This document shows positions 1-9,819 of a stretch of DNA of 64,000 bases, one piece after another. Position 1 is the first letter of the stretch. Every line of letters starts with the position of its first letter. The notes beneath the pieces were generated by a model that did no database searches, was not told the origin of the DNA, and saw only the letters and a program-made list of their open reading frames with translations. This DNA is from Chryseolinea sp. (GTDB lineage Bacteria; Bacteroidota; Bacteroidia; Cytophagales; Cyclobacteriaceae). A program made the position numbers and the translations under genes. Location of the stretch: contig JAICGJ010000004.1 in the NCBI GenBank assembly GCA_025923195.1, forward strand, positions 12,610 through 76,609, read 5' to 3'.

Positions 1-1055
1 TTCAGACTTTCGGGGCAGCAGTTTTTGGCCAGCTCGACTGGGAGATTACTGATAAGTTGCATTTGCTGCCAGGAATTCGATATAACTATGATAAGAAAGA
101 GGTCGACTTTGATCGCCAAACTTATGGCGGATTGGAAACAGATGATCCAGAACTGCTTGCATTGAAGCGGCTCGTATATACAGACCAGGCGTTCACCGCC
201 GATGTTGACGACACGAATTTTTCTGGACAGCTCACCTTATCCTACCGGCCAACCAAAATCGTAAATACATTTATCACTTATTCCACGAGTTACAAACCTG
301 TTGGTATTAACCTGGGTGGCTTGCCAACGGCCAGTGGTGAGGTCCTTATTGATTTAGCGCAGATCAAACCAGAGTCGGTCACTCATTTTGAGTTTGGTGT
401 GAAGACTTCGCCCTCGCATAATTCTACTGTTAACCTAACTTTTCATCACACGAATGTGGAAGATTTTCAGACCCAGGTTCAGACGGCCGAAGTAGGCGTC
501 AACCGCGGTTATCTTGCCAATGCTGAAGAGGTACGTGTGCTTGGAGTTGAATTAGACGGAAGTATGAGAATTAATGACTTCTTCTCCTTTTATGGGGCAG
601 TTGCCTATACGGATGGTGAATATGTCTCTTTTACGAATGCTCCTGTACCGCTCGAGGAAACGGGTGGGCCATCCGCATTTAAAGATATTTCCGGAAGCGA
701 TTTGCCAGGCATTTCTGAGTGGGCAGCTTCATTGGGTGCAGAACTTTCCTCAGTGTCTAAGAAAGTGATTGGTCAGGAAGGTAAATATTTTTTTGCGTTC
801 GACACGTATTATAGATCTTCCTTCTCTTCGAGCCCTTCTCCTTCAAATTATCTCAATGTTGACGGCTATGCAGTTGTCAATGCCAGGGCTGGTTTCCGCG
901 CAACGGAAGGGTTGTCCCTTTTTGTCTGGGGCCGTAACCTGTTTGACGAAGATTACTTTGAACAGCTGCTACCTGCAGCAGGTAATGCAGGCCACTATGC
1001 AGCAGTCATGGGCGATCCCAGGACGTATGGGGTCACCCTTCGCTATACTTATTAA
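1..1055 (+). CDS. TonB-dependent receptor, C-terminal part (5' end lies outside the window)
   Basis: The frame is open from the window edge (..TFGAAVFGQLDWEITDKLHLLPGIRYNY..), so the listed Met at 57 is internal. The sequence has a beta-barrel style and ends in the typical aromatic terminus ..DPRTYGVTLRYTY*. Confidence 0.85.
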   Translation, partial: QTFGAAVFGQLDWEITDKLHLLPGIRYNYDKKEVDFDRQTYGGLETDDPELLALKRLVYTDQAFTADVDDTNFSGQLTLSYRPTKIVNTFITYSTSYKPVGINLGGLPTASGEVLIDLAQIKPESVTHFEFGVKTSPSHNSTVNLTFHHTNVEDFQTQVQTAEVGVNRGYLANAEEVRVLGVELDGSMRINDFFSFYGAVAYTDGEYVSFTNAPVPLEETGGPSAFKDISGSDLPGISEWAASLGAELSSVSKKVIGQEGKYFFAFDTYYRSSFSSSPSPSNYLNVDGYAVVNARAGFRATEGLSLFVWGRNLFDEDYFEQLLPAAGNAGHYAAVMGDPRTYGVTLRYTY

Positions 1056-1092
1056 TCTCTAATAACCATTGATAATCTAATTCTTTAAATAT

Positions 1093-2040
1093 ATGAAACT
1101 TCAACTTTTGATTATTCTATTCCTTATCTCGATCTCGCTCTACGCTCAGTCAGATGTAGACGCCTCAAGATCATATAAGAATCCCGTTGTTATTGTAACC
1201 GGTGCGAGATTCTCATACAAACTGGTTCAGAAATGGATCGATGATTTTAACAAAGTGAATCCAAATATTCAGGTAATAATTGAATCGAGGGGTTCGTCCG
1301 ATCCGTCTCAATATGACGTCTTGGCCGAAGTGTATGAACATGACCCCTCCATAAAGGAAACGCGGGAGTTCGTATATGTCGGCCGTTATGCGATCTTGCC
1401 TGTTGCGAATGATAGGTCTGAGTTTTCGAGGACTTACAAAAAAAAGGGACTGACGACAGAACTAATCAAACTAATCTATTTTAACGACGTCTTTGCCGAC
1501 CAGGAAAAAGCGGCAAAGATCAAGCACGCCTATACGTGTTATACGAGATTGCAAAAAGCCGGAGTTGCCCGCGTGTTTGCAAAATATTTTGGATTTGATC
1601 AAAAGGACATTAAGGGGAACGCTATTGCAGGGTCAGATGAGCACTTGCTGAAAGCAATATTGCGTGATTCTGTTGGGATTTCATATCTACCCACTCCGTT
1701 GATTTTTGATCCCTTGACAAAGAGACCCGTTCGAGGATTGAGTATACTGCCTGTCGATGTGGATGGCAACGGGAAGGTCAATGATGAAGATAGGTTCTAT
1801 AGCGATCTGCCGGCTATCATTCAGAAACTGGAATCAACGAATCCAAAGGATATTGCCAACGTACCCATAGAATATCTGCACCTATCGGTTGACAGGGAAG
1901 CAAGTCCGGAGGCAATTGCTTTTCTGAAATGGGTGATTGAACACGGGCACGAGGATCTGAATGACTTTGGCTATCTGAAACCCGAAACTTCGCGGCTACA
2001 ACGAGATCGCTTCGAAGAATTTGCCAGGGGCGTAAATTAG
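1093..2040 (+). CDS. PstS-family (PBP-like) phosphate-binding protein, secreted
   Basis: Signal peptide MKLQLLIILFLISISLYAQ. TGARFSYKLVQKWIDDFNKVNPNIQVIIESRGSS matches the PstS N-terminal pattern (GA.F..p.y.kW...y......v.yq..GS). No pstCAB genes are adjacent. Confidence 0.65.
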   Translation: MKLQLLIILFLISISLYAQSDVDASRSYKNPVVIVTGARFSYKLVQKWIDDFNKVNPNIQVIIESRGSSDPSQYDVLAEVYEHDPSIKETREFVYVGRYAILPVANDRSEFSRTYKKKGLTTELIKLIYFNDVFADQEKAAKIKHAYTCYTRLQKAGVARVFAKYFGFDQKDIKGNAIAGSDEHLLKAILRDSVGISYLPTPLIFDPLTKRPVRGLSILPVDVDGNGKVNDEDRFYSDLPAIIQKLESTNPKDIANVPIEYLHLSVDREASPEAIAFLKWVIEHGHEDLNDFGYLKPETSRLQRDRFEEFARGVN

Positions 2041-2076
2041 CATCAACTTATTGCTAATCTGTCGTAATTTTATGGG

Positions 2077-3603
2077 ATGATATATCGTGTGAAAAGCATC
2101 GCAGTGATACTGCTCCTGCAATTTTCTGCTATTGCTTTCGGTCAACAGTACGATCATAGAAACCTTAGAACTCTAATCGTATTCTTTGACGGACTGCGTC
2201 CTGATTATATTACTGCGGAGACAATGCCCAACCTGTATGCCTTTTCCAAGGCAGGATGTTACGGCAAACAACATCATAGCGTTTTTCCAACGGTTACTCG
2301 CGTAAATGCTTCTTCCTATGCTTCGGGTAGTTACCCGGGAACCCACGGGTTAATGGGCAACACCGTATACTTCCCTCATGTTGATGCAAAGAAGGGACTA
2401 AACACGGGCGACCACGCCGATTTAAATAGGATCAATGAATCTACCCAAGGCCGCTTGCTAACCGCGACGACGTTGGCTGAAGTTCTTCAAACCGCAGGGG
2501 CAAGTATGATGGTATTTAGCTCAGGTTCAACAGGACAAACCATACTGCAGAATCGTGTGGTGAATGGCGCCATCGTCAACCCTGGTCTCATCCTGCCCGA
2601 ATCTTTTCGAGACACCCTCATTCGCGATATCGGGCCCATTCCTGCCAAAGCTTTACCCAATACGGCACAGCATAAATGGGTGGCCGATGCACTTATCAAG
2701 TATGCACTTACATTAGACGGTCCGTTGGTTAGCGCCATATGGTTTTCCGACCCGGACGGAACCGCCCACCGCGACGGAATTGGCGCCCCTTCTTCAATGG
2801 AGTCGATTAAAATTGTTGATGCCGAATTCGGTAGGATTTTGACTGCGCTGAGGAACAAGATGCTGGATGTACATTATAATATAGTGATATCTACAGATCA
2901 CGGTTTTATCACCAACGCCGGAAAGCAAGGGCTGGCAGAATTTCTCATTACCAAGGGATTCAAGAAAGACCTCCTGAGTGAGGACGTGGTCGTCGCGGAT
3001 GGTGCAATCTATGTGAAGGACCACAATATGAATGTCATCCGGAGTATTGTTTCGGCATTGCAGGCTGAACCATGGGTGGGTGCAATCTTTACCAAGGCAG
3101 GAAACCCGGGAGAAACAAAAGGGGCTGTGGATGGTACTTTGTCCTTTGAATCAATTCATTGGAATCACCCGGAGCGCTCGGCTGACATACTGGTAGACGA
3201 GAATTGGGACGATCGCAAGAATGAAATGGGTTATGCTGGTACAAATTTTTCGATGGGTGTGGCCGGCCATGGAGGCTTAAGTCCATACGAAGTCCATACC
3301 TCGCTTCTGACAGGGGGTCCAAGCTTTAAGAAGGCTTTCACGAGTGATCTGCCTACCTCTAACGTGGACATCGTTCCTACTATCCTCGCCATACATAAGA
3401 TCAATATTCCGGCGACAATGAATGGGAGAGTGCTTACAGAATTTCTTGCTGAAGGGAAAGGTAACGATATGCAGCCTAAAAAGGAAACAATCAAGACAAG
3501 CGTTGGGATTGCTGGGGGAAAATATACACTTACGTTGCAGAGAACTGTGTTAGGCAAATACAGCTATGTAGACTTTGCCAAGGTTGTCAGAGTCCTGAAA
3601 TGA
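2077..3603 (+). CDS. Type I phosphodiesterase / nucleotide pyrophosphatase (NPP, alkaline-phosphatase superfamily)
   Basis: Signal peptide present. Motifs FFDGLRPDY, FPTVTRVNASSYASGSYPGTHGLMGN and ISTDHGF are the NPP metal-ligand and nucleophile motifs. Confidence 0.8.
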   Translation: MIYRVKSIAVILLLQFSAIAFGQQYDHRNLRTLIVFFDGLRPDYITAETMPNLYAFSKAGCYGKQHHSVFPTVTRVNASSYASGSYPGTHGLMGNTVYFPHVDAKKGLNTGDHADLNRINESTQGRLLTATTLAEVLQTAGASMMVFSSGSTGQTILQNRVVNGAIVNPGLILPESFRDTLIRDIGPIPAKALPNTAQHKWVADALIKYALTLDGPLVSAIWFSDPDGTAHRDGIGAPSSMESIKIVDAEFGRILTALRNKMLDVHYNIVISTDHGFITNAGKQGLAEFLITKGFKKDLLSEDVVVADGAIYVKDHNMNVIRSIVSALQAEPWVGAIFTKAGNPGETKGAVDGTLSFESIHWNHPERSADILVDENWDDRKNEMGYAGTNFSMGVAGHGGLSPYEVHTSLLTGGPSFKKAFTSDLPTSNVDIVPTILAIHKINIPATMNGRVLTEFLAEGKGNDMQPKKETIKTSVGIAGGKYTLTLQRTVLGKYSYVDFAKVVRVLK

Positions 3604-3719
3604 AGGATGCAAGCAAGATTAGGCCGGTCTCTAGAAAAAATATTGTTTGGTCATGGTACTATTTGCTCCCAATTAAGGAGAATTTGTGGATGACTCTTTT
3701 TCTTTGATCGACTAGATAC

Positions 3720-6083
3720 CTATTCTATTTTAGGTGCATCCTTTTTTTGTCCTCCCATGTCCAAGTTTAGTTTTTCAACCTTCCCGTCGGGGCCATTGAT
3801 AAACAGAATCCTTCCATTTGCTTCCTTTAAAACAAATTCTGTTTCGGACACAGGAAAGATCTCCAACTTTGGTTGATTTGTTCCCTGCGCAAATATTTTG
3901 TCGTTTTCAGTTGTGACCGTAATGTGAAAGTTATTTCCATAGTCATACTTGCCGACATACTTTCTATAGAGCATGGGGTCAACCGATATAACTTTTTCTT
4001 CTTTCATTTTCGGTACATCGATTTCATTGCCTCCTTGCGAAAAATGACCGCCGGTTACTTCACCTTTGTCATTTCTTGTGAATTTTATTTTTGCCTCCAC
4101 GACTTTCCAAAAGAATTCATCTGGCGCTGAAGGAAAGATCGGGAATTTGCTCTGGCCTGTGAGTTGGGCAAACAAATCGTTGCCCTCTGAGGTGATGGTC
4201 ATTACTGCACCATTTCGAAAATCATAGCGTCCTTCATAAGCTTTCAAGTTCTGAGCTGAAACGGACTGAGCGGCGTACGACGACTGCTTTGCCATTTTGC
4301 TCCACAAATAGAATTGGGCGATCGTATTCGCATTCAGGTTCGCTTGAGGAGGCGAGATGTTTGTTAATATCACTATCGTCAATTTGTCATCCGGATACCG
4401 CGATAGCTGAGATATAAAACCATGGAGTCCGCCTCCATGCTGTGCTGTGGGAATATCCCTGAATTTGCCTAAACCCAGTCCATAGCCATACTCAAACCCG
4501 GCGGGCACGGTTCCGTTGTTGAGTTTTGCAGGTGTCATTGCAGCCGACAGGCTTTTATCACTCAATACTTCTCCATTGTAGAGTGCTTCATTCCATCTGT
4601 ATAAATCATCGACAGTAGAATAAAGCGCGCCAGCGCCACCCGCCCACGTCATATCCCAATCAAGCGCACTTTCATATTTGCCCCCGCTGTTAATGTAGCC
4701 CTTTGCCTCATTTTGCAAGGATAGGCTACGCGAGTGAACACCAGTATCTTTCATACCAAGCGGATCAAAAAAAGTGTGGCTTAAATATGCTCCGTAACTT
4801 TTTCCAGATACTTTTTCGATGATGTATCCCAATAGAAAGTATCCTGAATTATTATAACGCGCTTCTTCCCCTGGATTAAAATCGTAAGGGTCGTTTTTGA
4901 AAAAATTAAGTAATTCTTCATTCGTAACTGGCTTTGTTACCTTTTCGATGAATTCAGGCTTATTCGTGTAACTGTGAATCCCGGAAGTATGCGTAAGTAG
5001 GTGATGCAATGTCACTTCGTCTGCCCTGGGAAAGTCAGGAAAGTACTGAGAAAGCTTGTCTGTTACCTGCAGTTTATTCTCCTCCTGAAGTTTCAGAATT
5101 GCCGCTGCTGTAAATTGCTTGGTTATCGAACCAATCCTGAACTTCGAAGCTTCCGTTGCCTTTATGTTTTTCTGGATATCAGCGTATCCGAAAGCTTTCT
5201 TATACACCACTTTTCCATCTTTGGACACCAACACGACCACACCAGGAGATACTTTTGTATTGACAGCACTGTAAAGATTGTCTATCAGCTTTTCGGGAGC
5301 AGGCATAGCGTCATCTGTTGCCCCATTTTGTAGCAGCAACTGAGCAGCCTCGTCACGCCCGAACAAGCGCGCTGCTTGTAATGCGGCCAGTCCGGCAGCA
5401 TTCTTCTTGTTTATATCAGCGCCTGCATTTAAAAGAAGTTTGATCTCGTCAAGATTGCCTTTGCCGGATTCCGTTATTAGCCGTTCCCCCAGTGCAGCCC
5501 GATCAAGGAAACGGGCAGTGAACCCCCAATCTCCCGTGATGTCCTGGATGCCGATGAGTATTTGGTTGCTTCCCTTTACCAACGGAATGGATATCATGTC
5601 CTGATCGGGGATGAGACCTCGGGGTGTCCAGTTCTTATGAACTAGTTTGTTGTTATGCCACACTTTTACTGCGTCATCGCTTCCAACGGCGAGGAACGCA
5701 TGGTACGCTGAGTCAGCTACAAATTCTGCAACTGCATACGCGATAGCATAGTCATGTTTGAATAAACTGTCAAGGTTGATGACATTTCCCTTTGAAGAAT
5801 AGGCTTGCCATTGTAGGCTTTTGCCGGACATATTTACCGGCGTATTATTTTTTTTAATGGGCGTTATGACCGATACTTGACTGTCATCAAAGAATTTTTT
5901 TTGCGTTCCTTCGTCCACAGCCTTGGATGTATCTGGGTCAACTGGTATAGGGCCAAGCAGCCACCATTTTTTCATGTATTTGCCTTCATCAGCAGCAAGA
6001 TACGTTGCCTCCGAACGTGGCTGCTTTTTTTGGGCCTCCACTAGGAAAGGAAGCAATAGGAAAAGTACCAGGAGCTTTGACAT
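3720..6083 (-). CDS. Secreted multidomain serine hydrolase: N-terminal beta-sandwich-like domain, ankyrin repeats, beta-lactamase/PBP fold, two C-terminal DUF3471-like repeats
   Basis: Start moved to MSKLLVLFLLLPFLVEAQ (signal peptide, ATG at 6083). Ankyrin-like LLNAGADINKKNAAGLAALQAARLFGRDEAAQLLLQNGA. SxxK motif in FRIGSITKQFTA. Duplicated C-terminal module (YEGRYDF...DLFAQLTGQSKFPIFP and YVGKYDY...KIFAQGTNQPKLEIFP). Confidence 0.8.
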   Translation of the reverse strand: MSKLLVLFLLLPFLVEAQKKQPRSEATYLAADEGKYMKKWWLLGPIPVDPDTSKAVDEGTQKKFFDDSQVSVITPIKKNNTPVNMSGKSLQWQAYSSKGNVINLDSLFKHDYAIAYAVAEFVADSAYHAFLAVGSDDAVKVWHNNKLVHKNWTPRGLIPDQDMISIPLVKGSNQILIGIQDITGDWGFTARFLDRAALGERLITESGKGNLDEIKLLLNAGADINKKNAAGLAALQAARLFGRDEAAQLLLQNGATDDAMPAPEKLIDNLYSAVNTKVSPGVVVLVSKDGKVVYKKAFGYADIQKNIKATEASKFRIGSITKQFTAAAILKLQEENKLQVTDKLSQYFPDFPRADEVTLHHLLTHTSGIHSYTNKPEFIEKVTKPVTNEELLNFFKNDPYDFNPGEEARYNNSGYFLLGYIIEKVSGKSYGAYLSHTFFDPLGMKDTGVHSRSLSLQNEAKGYINSGGKYESALDWDMTWAGGAGALYSTVDDLYRWNEALYNGEVLSDKSLSAAMTPAKLNNGTVPAGFEYGYGLGLGKFRDIPTAQHGGGLHGFISQLSRYPDDKLTIVILTNISPPQANLNANTIAQFYLWSKMAKQSSYAAQSVSAQNLKAYEGRYDFRNGAVMTITSEGNDLFAQLTGQSKFPIFPSAPDEFFWKVVEAKIKFTRNDKGEVTGGHFSQGGNEIDVPKMKEEKVISVDPMLYRKYVGKYDYGNNFHITVTTENDKIFAQGTNQPKLEIFPVSETEFVLKEANGRILFINGPDGKVEKLNLDMGGQKKDAPKIE

Positions 6084-6670
6084 CCTGAGTACCCTAAAGT
6101 CAAGATTGCTTCCTGAACATGTTGAGGAGCCAAAGTTCGCCGTGCTGAGCTCCCTAAAAATACAAATTGTGCTTCTGGTCGAAGGATGGGATGGGTAATA
6201 ACGGTTTTTCATGTGGTGAAGATTGTGGCAATTAATATAGATAAATAAGACCAAGGACTAAAATAACTTATACGAGAAATCGTATCGGACGATTGAATTT
6301 TGCGTCAAATTCATGACAATTAAATTTCCGCGGTCATAAACCACCTATAGTAAAATGACGACTCCTGCGGATACAGTGCGCAAGTGTTGAGAAACCAGCT
6401 GGTGGTCGTCAACTTGCTGCATTAACATGAGTGCATCTAGGTATAACGTTGCGAACTTTCGGCTATGTGTTGAAAATTAGCCTGTCGAAGCGTGTGGAAT
6501 TATTTTCAGTCTCGAAGAGGCTTTTATTCCACATATAGGGGTGAAAAGTGTCATTTTCAGTATCTGTATAATGACGTTCAATTCCAGATGGCTGATGGCA
6601 TAGATATTGGCTTATAAAAGGAGCAGAATATGAAACTGCTAATGAGTTCAGAAATTAAATAACATACGTC

Positions 6671-7417
6671 ATGAAAAAAACTGTAGTATCGCTTGTAATC
6701 GTGTTGACTATTTTGTGCTATACAAATATGTATGCGCAGAAGCCAGCAGTAGTGTCTAGCAATGAGGCGGGGTGGCAACATATTGGCCAGACTACCGCAA
6801 GTTTTAAAACTCAAAGTGAGTCTATCGCAATCTTGGGCGCTGATGAGTTCACCGCTATCAAACTTAAAGTCACCGAGGCACCTCTGCATATCGAGAGGCT
6901 GCAAGTATTTTACGAATCAGGTGACATGGAAGAGATTGATGTCCGTAGCGAGATCGGTGCAAACGCTGAAACAAAGGTCATTAAGTTAAAGCATCCTGAC
7001 AGAGATATCAACAAAGTTGCCTTCACTTATAAGACAGCGCCAAATGCTGAAGGAGACAAGGCTGACGTTGCACTTTACGGTTTGAAGACAGGTCAACCAG
7101 CCGGTGAGGATTCATATCAGGATGAAAAAGCAGAAATTAAAGAAGATGCCAGAGAGACCCGCGACGATGTGAAACGGGAAGCTAACGAAGCCGCTGATGA
7201 TGTAGAAGAAGGAGCTCAATCGGCCGGTGACAAAGTCAGTGAAGGTGTTAATGACGCAGCTGCTGCCATCAAGGATCAAAAAGTGAAAGATAAGGTTGGC
7301 CCGGGGGGAGAGACGGTGTATATCGACAATGATGCGAAGTATTATTATATCAACAACAAAGGGGATAAGGTATTCATAACAAAGCTTGAGCTGAAGGACA
7401 AACCGAAAGACAAATAA
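6671..7417 (+). CDS. Hypothetical secreted protein with an acidic low-complexity C-terminal half
   Basis: Signal peptide MKKTVVSLVIVLTILCYTNMYAQ. Long clean ORF followed by a terminator hairpin. No family recognised. Confidence 0.6.
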   Translation: MKKTVVSLVIVLTILCYTNMYAQKPAVVSSNEAGWQHIGQTTASFKTQSESIAILGADEFTAIKLKVTEAPLHIERLQVFYESGDMEEIDVRSEIGANAETKVIKLKHPDRDINKVAFTYKTAPNAEGDKADVALYGLKTGQPAGEDSYQDEKAEIKEDARETRDDVKREANEAADDVEEGAQSAGDKVSEGVNDAAAAIKDQKVKDKVGPGGETVYIDNDAKYYYINNKGDKVFITKLELKDKPKDK

Positions 7418-7474
7418 CCCGTCCCTAAGCTGATCCTATCTCTATAATCAATTTTCTGGGCAAATGCGGGTAAT

Positions 7475-7510
7475 AGAAGGCGCTCTCATCGAGGGTGCCT
7501 TCTTCTTTTC
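7475..7510 (+). terminator. Rho-independent terminator candidate after the 6671..7417 gene
   Basis: AGAAGGCGCTC-tcatcga-GGGTGCCTTCT gives a stem of about 10 bp including two G.U pairs, followed by TCTTTTC. Confidence 0.6.
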
Positions 7511-7714
7511 ATCCCATTTCAGACTGTATTGGGACAATCCAAGACATCTGTTGCGCAAAATCGGGAGCTTTTAATTAAGATTTGTACGACATGCTTGACC
7601 GACAGTTGTAGAATTTCTTAAAAACTGGAGTTCACAATTCTTCCATCAAATTCATATATTTCAACATGAATAACACTGAGGCAACTGAAAGTCGTGCTTG
7701 AGGTTTTATAAAAA

Positions 7715-8797
7715 ATGAAGAAAATACCGCTTATAAATTTATTATGTCTGTTAGCGACCCTGGGAGCTGTTATGAGTTGTAAGCAAGAGATGTCCGGTGA
7801 TGAAGGTGGAGCAGAAAGGAATGATAGCCTAGCGAAAATTTCTAGCGGATATGTATTTGAAATACCACAACCTTTCTTACAATGCCACGCGTCTACCGTG
7901 GTGCATACACGCGATGGAAAATTTCTCGTCGCGTGGTTTGGCGGCACCCATGAAAAGCATGATGATGTGGGAATTTGGCTATCGAAGGGCAAACCTGGCC
8001 AATGGTCTCCGCCGGTTGAGATAGCAAAGATACGAGAGGATGCTCACTGGAATCCCGTACTGTTTCAAGGTGATGACGGCGCGATAATAATTTATTTTAA
8101 AGTGGGCAAAACTATAGACCATTGGGAAACGTGGTACAAGGTTTCGAGTGACGGTGGAGACACGTGGAGCGAAGCCAAGGAACTTGTTGCGGGTGATAGA
8201 GGGGGAAGAGGGCCTGTAAGGAATAAGCCGATCGTTCTTTCTGATGGTACATGGCTGGCACCTGCATCAAATGAGAACAAAGGGGTCTGGAATGCCTTTG
8301 TGGATCGAAGCGACGACGGTGGCACAACCTGGTCGGCCTCATCTTTTCTGTCGGTCAACAGGGATTCTATTGTTGAAGAGGGAGTAATACAGCCTGCTTT
8401 GTGGGAATCCTCCAATGGTAATGTTCATATGCTGTTAAGAAGTTCGTCTGGATTTATTTGCCGCAGTGACTCCAAAGATTTTGGTAAAACGTGGTCGCCG
8501 GTTTATAAAACAAATTTGCCGAATCCAAACAGCGGTATTGATGTGACCAGGCTTGATGATGGTACGCTAGTTCTTGCCTACAATCGCGATGACAAAAACT
8601 GGGGAGAGAGAAGGCCTATCTCATTAGCAGTCTCTAACGACAATGGAGTTACGTGGCCAACATCGATCGATGTCGAAACAGGCATCGAAGGTGACGAATT
8701 TTCTTATCCCTCAATAATCCATTTCGGTGATTCTGTTGCCCTTACCTACACATGGAAGCGCCAACGCATTGCTTTTTGGATGGGAAAACTGAATTGA
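7715..8797 (+). CDS. BNR/Asp-box repeat sialidase-like glycoside hydrolase, lipoprotein
   Basis: Lipobox ..LGAVMSC. Four Asp-box repeats: SSDGGDTWS, SDDGGTTWS, SKDFGKTWS, SNDNGVTWP. Confidence 0.8.
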   Translation: MKKIPLINLLCLLATLGAVMSCKQEMSGDEGGAERNDSLAKISSGYVFEIPQPFLQCHASTVVHTRDGKFLVAWFGGTHEKHDDVGIWLSKGKPGQWSPPVEIAKIREDAHWNPVLFQGDDGAIIIYFKVGKTIDHWETWYKVSSDGGDTWSEAKELVAGDRGGRGPVRNKPIVLSDGTWLAPASNENKGVWNAFVDRSDDGGTTWSASSFLSVNRDSIVEEGVIQPALWESSNGNVHMLLRSSSGFICRSDSKDFGKTWSPVYKTNLPNPNSGIDVTRLDDGTLVLAYNRDDKNWGERRPISLAVSNDNGVTWPTSIDVETGIEGDEFSYPSIIHFGDSVALTYTWKRQRIAFWMGKLN

Positions 8798-8988
8798 CTT
8801 ATAACCTGTATGGCGATTTTTTAGCGTCAGGATCAATAACAAATTTTCCGTTTGATTGTAAAATAGTAGTTAGCGAGGCGCGTCGGTATCGTTCTATTTC
8901 TTAGCTGTTTGACAAGTGATATTGGCTTTTGAAATTCGACAGGCACTATGTGCCTGATGTGCAGTCAAAAAATTTAAACCACAGAACA

Positions 8989-9651
8989 ATGAGAAAAATT
9001 ATCACAAACACGTTTGTTACGCTTGATGGCGTTATGCAGGCTCCTGGTGGACCCCAGGAAGATGTGACGGGCAACTTCGAACTGGGGGGATGGTCCGTCA
9101 ATTATTGGGACGATGTCATGATGCAAACCATGGGGGAAGCATCTCAGACGCCCTACGATTTGCTGCTGGGAAGGAAAACATATGAAATTTTTGCGGCGCA
9201 TTGGCCGTTCCTGTCGAATGATCCCATGGCGGATAAGTTTAATAAGGCTACGAAATATGTCGCAACAAAAACACTCAAGTCCGCATCATGGCAAAACACA
9301 GAGCTTCTTCAAAGCGATGTTGTTGAGAAGCTAAAAGATCTGAAGTCGCAAGAGGGAATAGACTTACAGGTACACGGCAGCGGCAACCTGATCCAGTCGC
9401 TGCTTCAGCATAACCTTATTGATGAATTCCATATTTGGATATTCCCCGCCCTCATTGGTAAGGGAAAGCGTCTTTTTGAAGGCGGAACAGTGCCTGCAAA
9501 CCTGAAACTCAAAGAACACAAGGTGTCAGGGTCAGGTGTGATTATAACTACGTACCTTCCTAACGGAAAAATCGAAACCGGCTCCTTCGCACTTGAAGAA
9601 CCTACATCCTTAGAGACGGAACGTCGAGGCAAAATGGAGCAAGAGGTTTGA
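8989..9651 (+). CDS. Dihydrofolate reductase family protein (RibD C-terminal domain type)
   Basis: MRKIITNTFVTLDGVMQAPGGPQED.. and LLLGRKTYEIFAAHWP are typical of the RibD_C/YyaP-like family. Start placed at the ATG at 8989 rather than the upstream ORF start. Confidence 0.7.
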   Translation: MRKIITNTFVTLDGVMQAPGGPQEDVTGNFELGGWSVNYWDDVMMQTMGEASQTPYDLLLGRKTYEIFAAHWPFLSNDPMADKFNKATKYVATKTLKSASWQNTELLQSDVVEKLKDLKSQEGIDLQVHGSGNLIQSLLQHNLIDEFHIWIFPALIGKGKRLFEGGTVPANLKLKEHKVSGSGVIITTYLPNGKIETGSFALEEPTSLETERRGKMEQEV

Positions 9652-9738
9652 GGTATAATGTCTTCACTTCAGAGACAGATATAACCATGAAAGGTATCCA
9701 AAACTTGTAACGCACGAGGTCGCCACCACACGAATAGA

Positions 9739-9761
9739 AGGCACAGGGTAACCCTGTGCCT
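9739..9761. terminator. Bidirectional terminator hairpin between convergent genes
   Basis: AGGCACAGGG-taa-CCCTGTGCCT is a perfect 10-bp stem. GCTTTTG follows on the plus strand. Confidence 0.6.
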
Positions 9762-9819
9762 AGGTGCTTTTGATATTTCCAAGCATGCAGGTCATGGCTT
9801 GATACAATGCATTGTCCCT

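Noticed and set aside
6084-6254. 57-codon N-terminal extension of the beta-lactamase-family ORF (MVLFIYINCHNLHH..)
   Set aside because: A canonical signal peptide begins at the internal Met (MSKLLVLFLLLPFLVEAQ). The extension is Cys/His/Ser-rich and non-protein-like. I made similar 5' trims at 8929-8988, 11698-11721, 23547-23603, 27927-27971, 28934-29023, 30573-30665, 32994-33008, 56098-56235 and 60123-60152.
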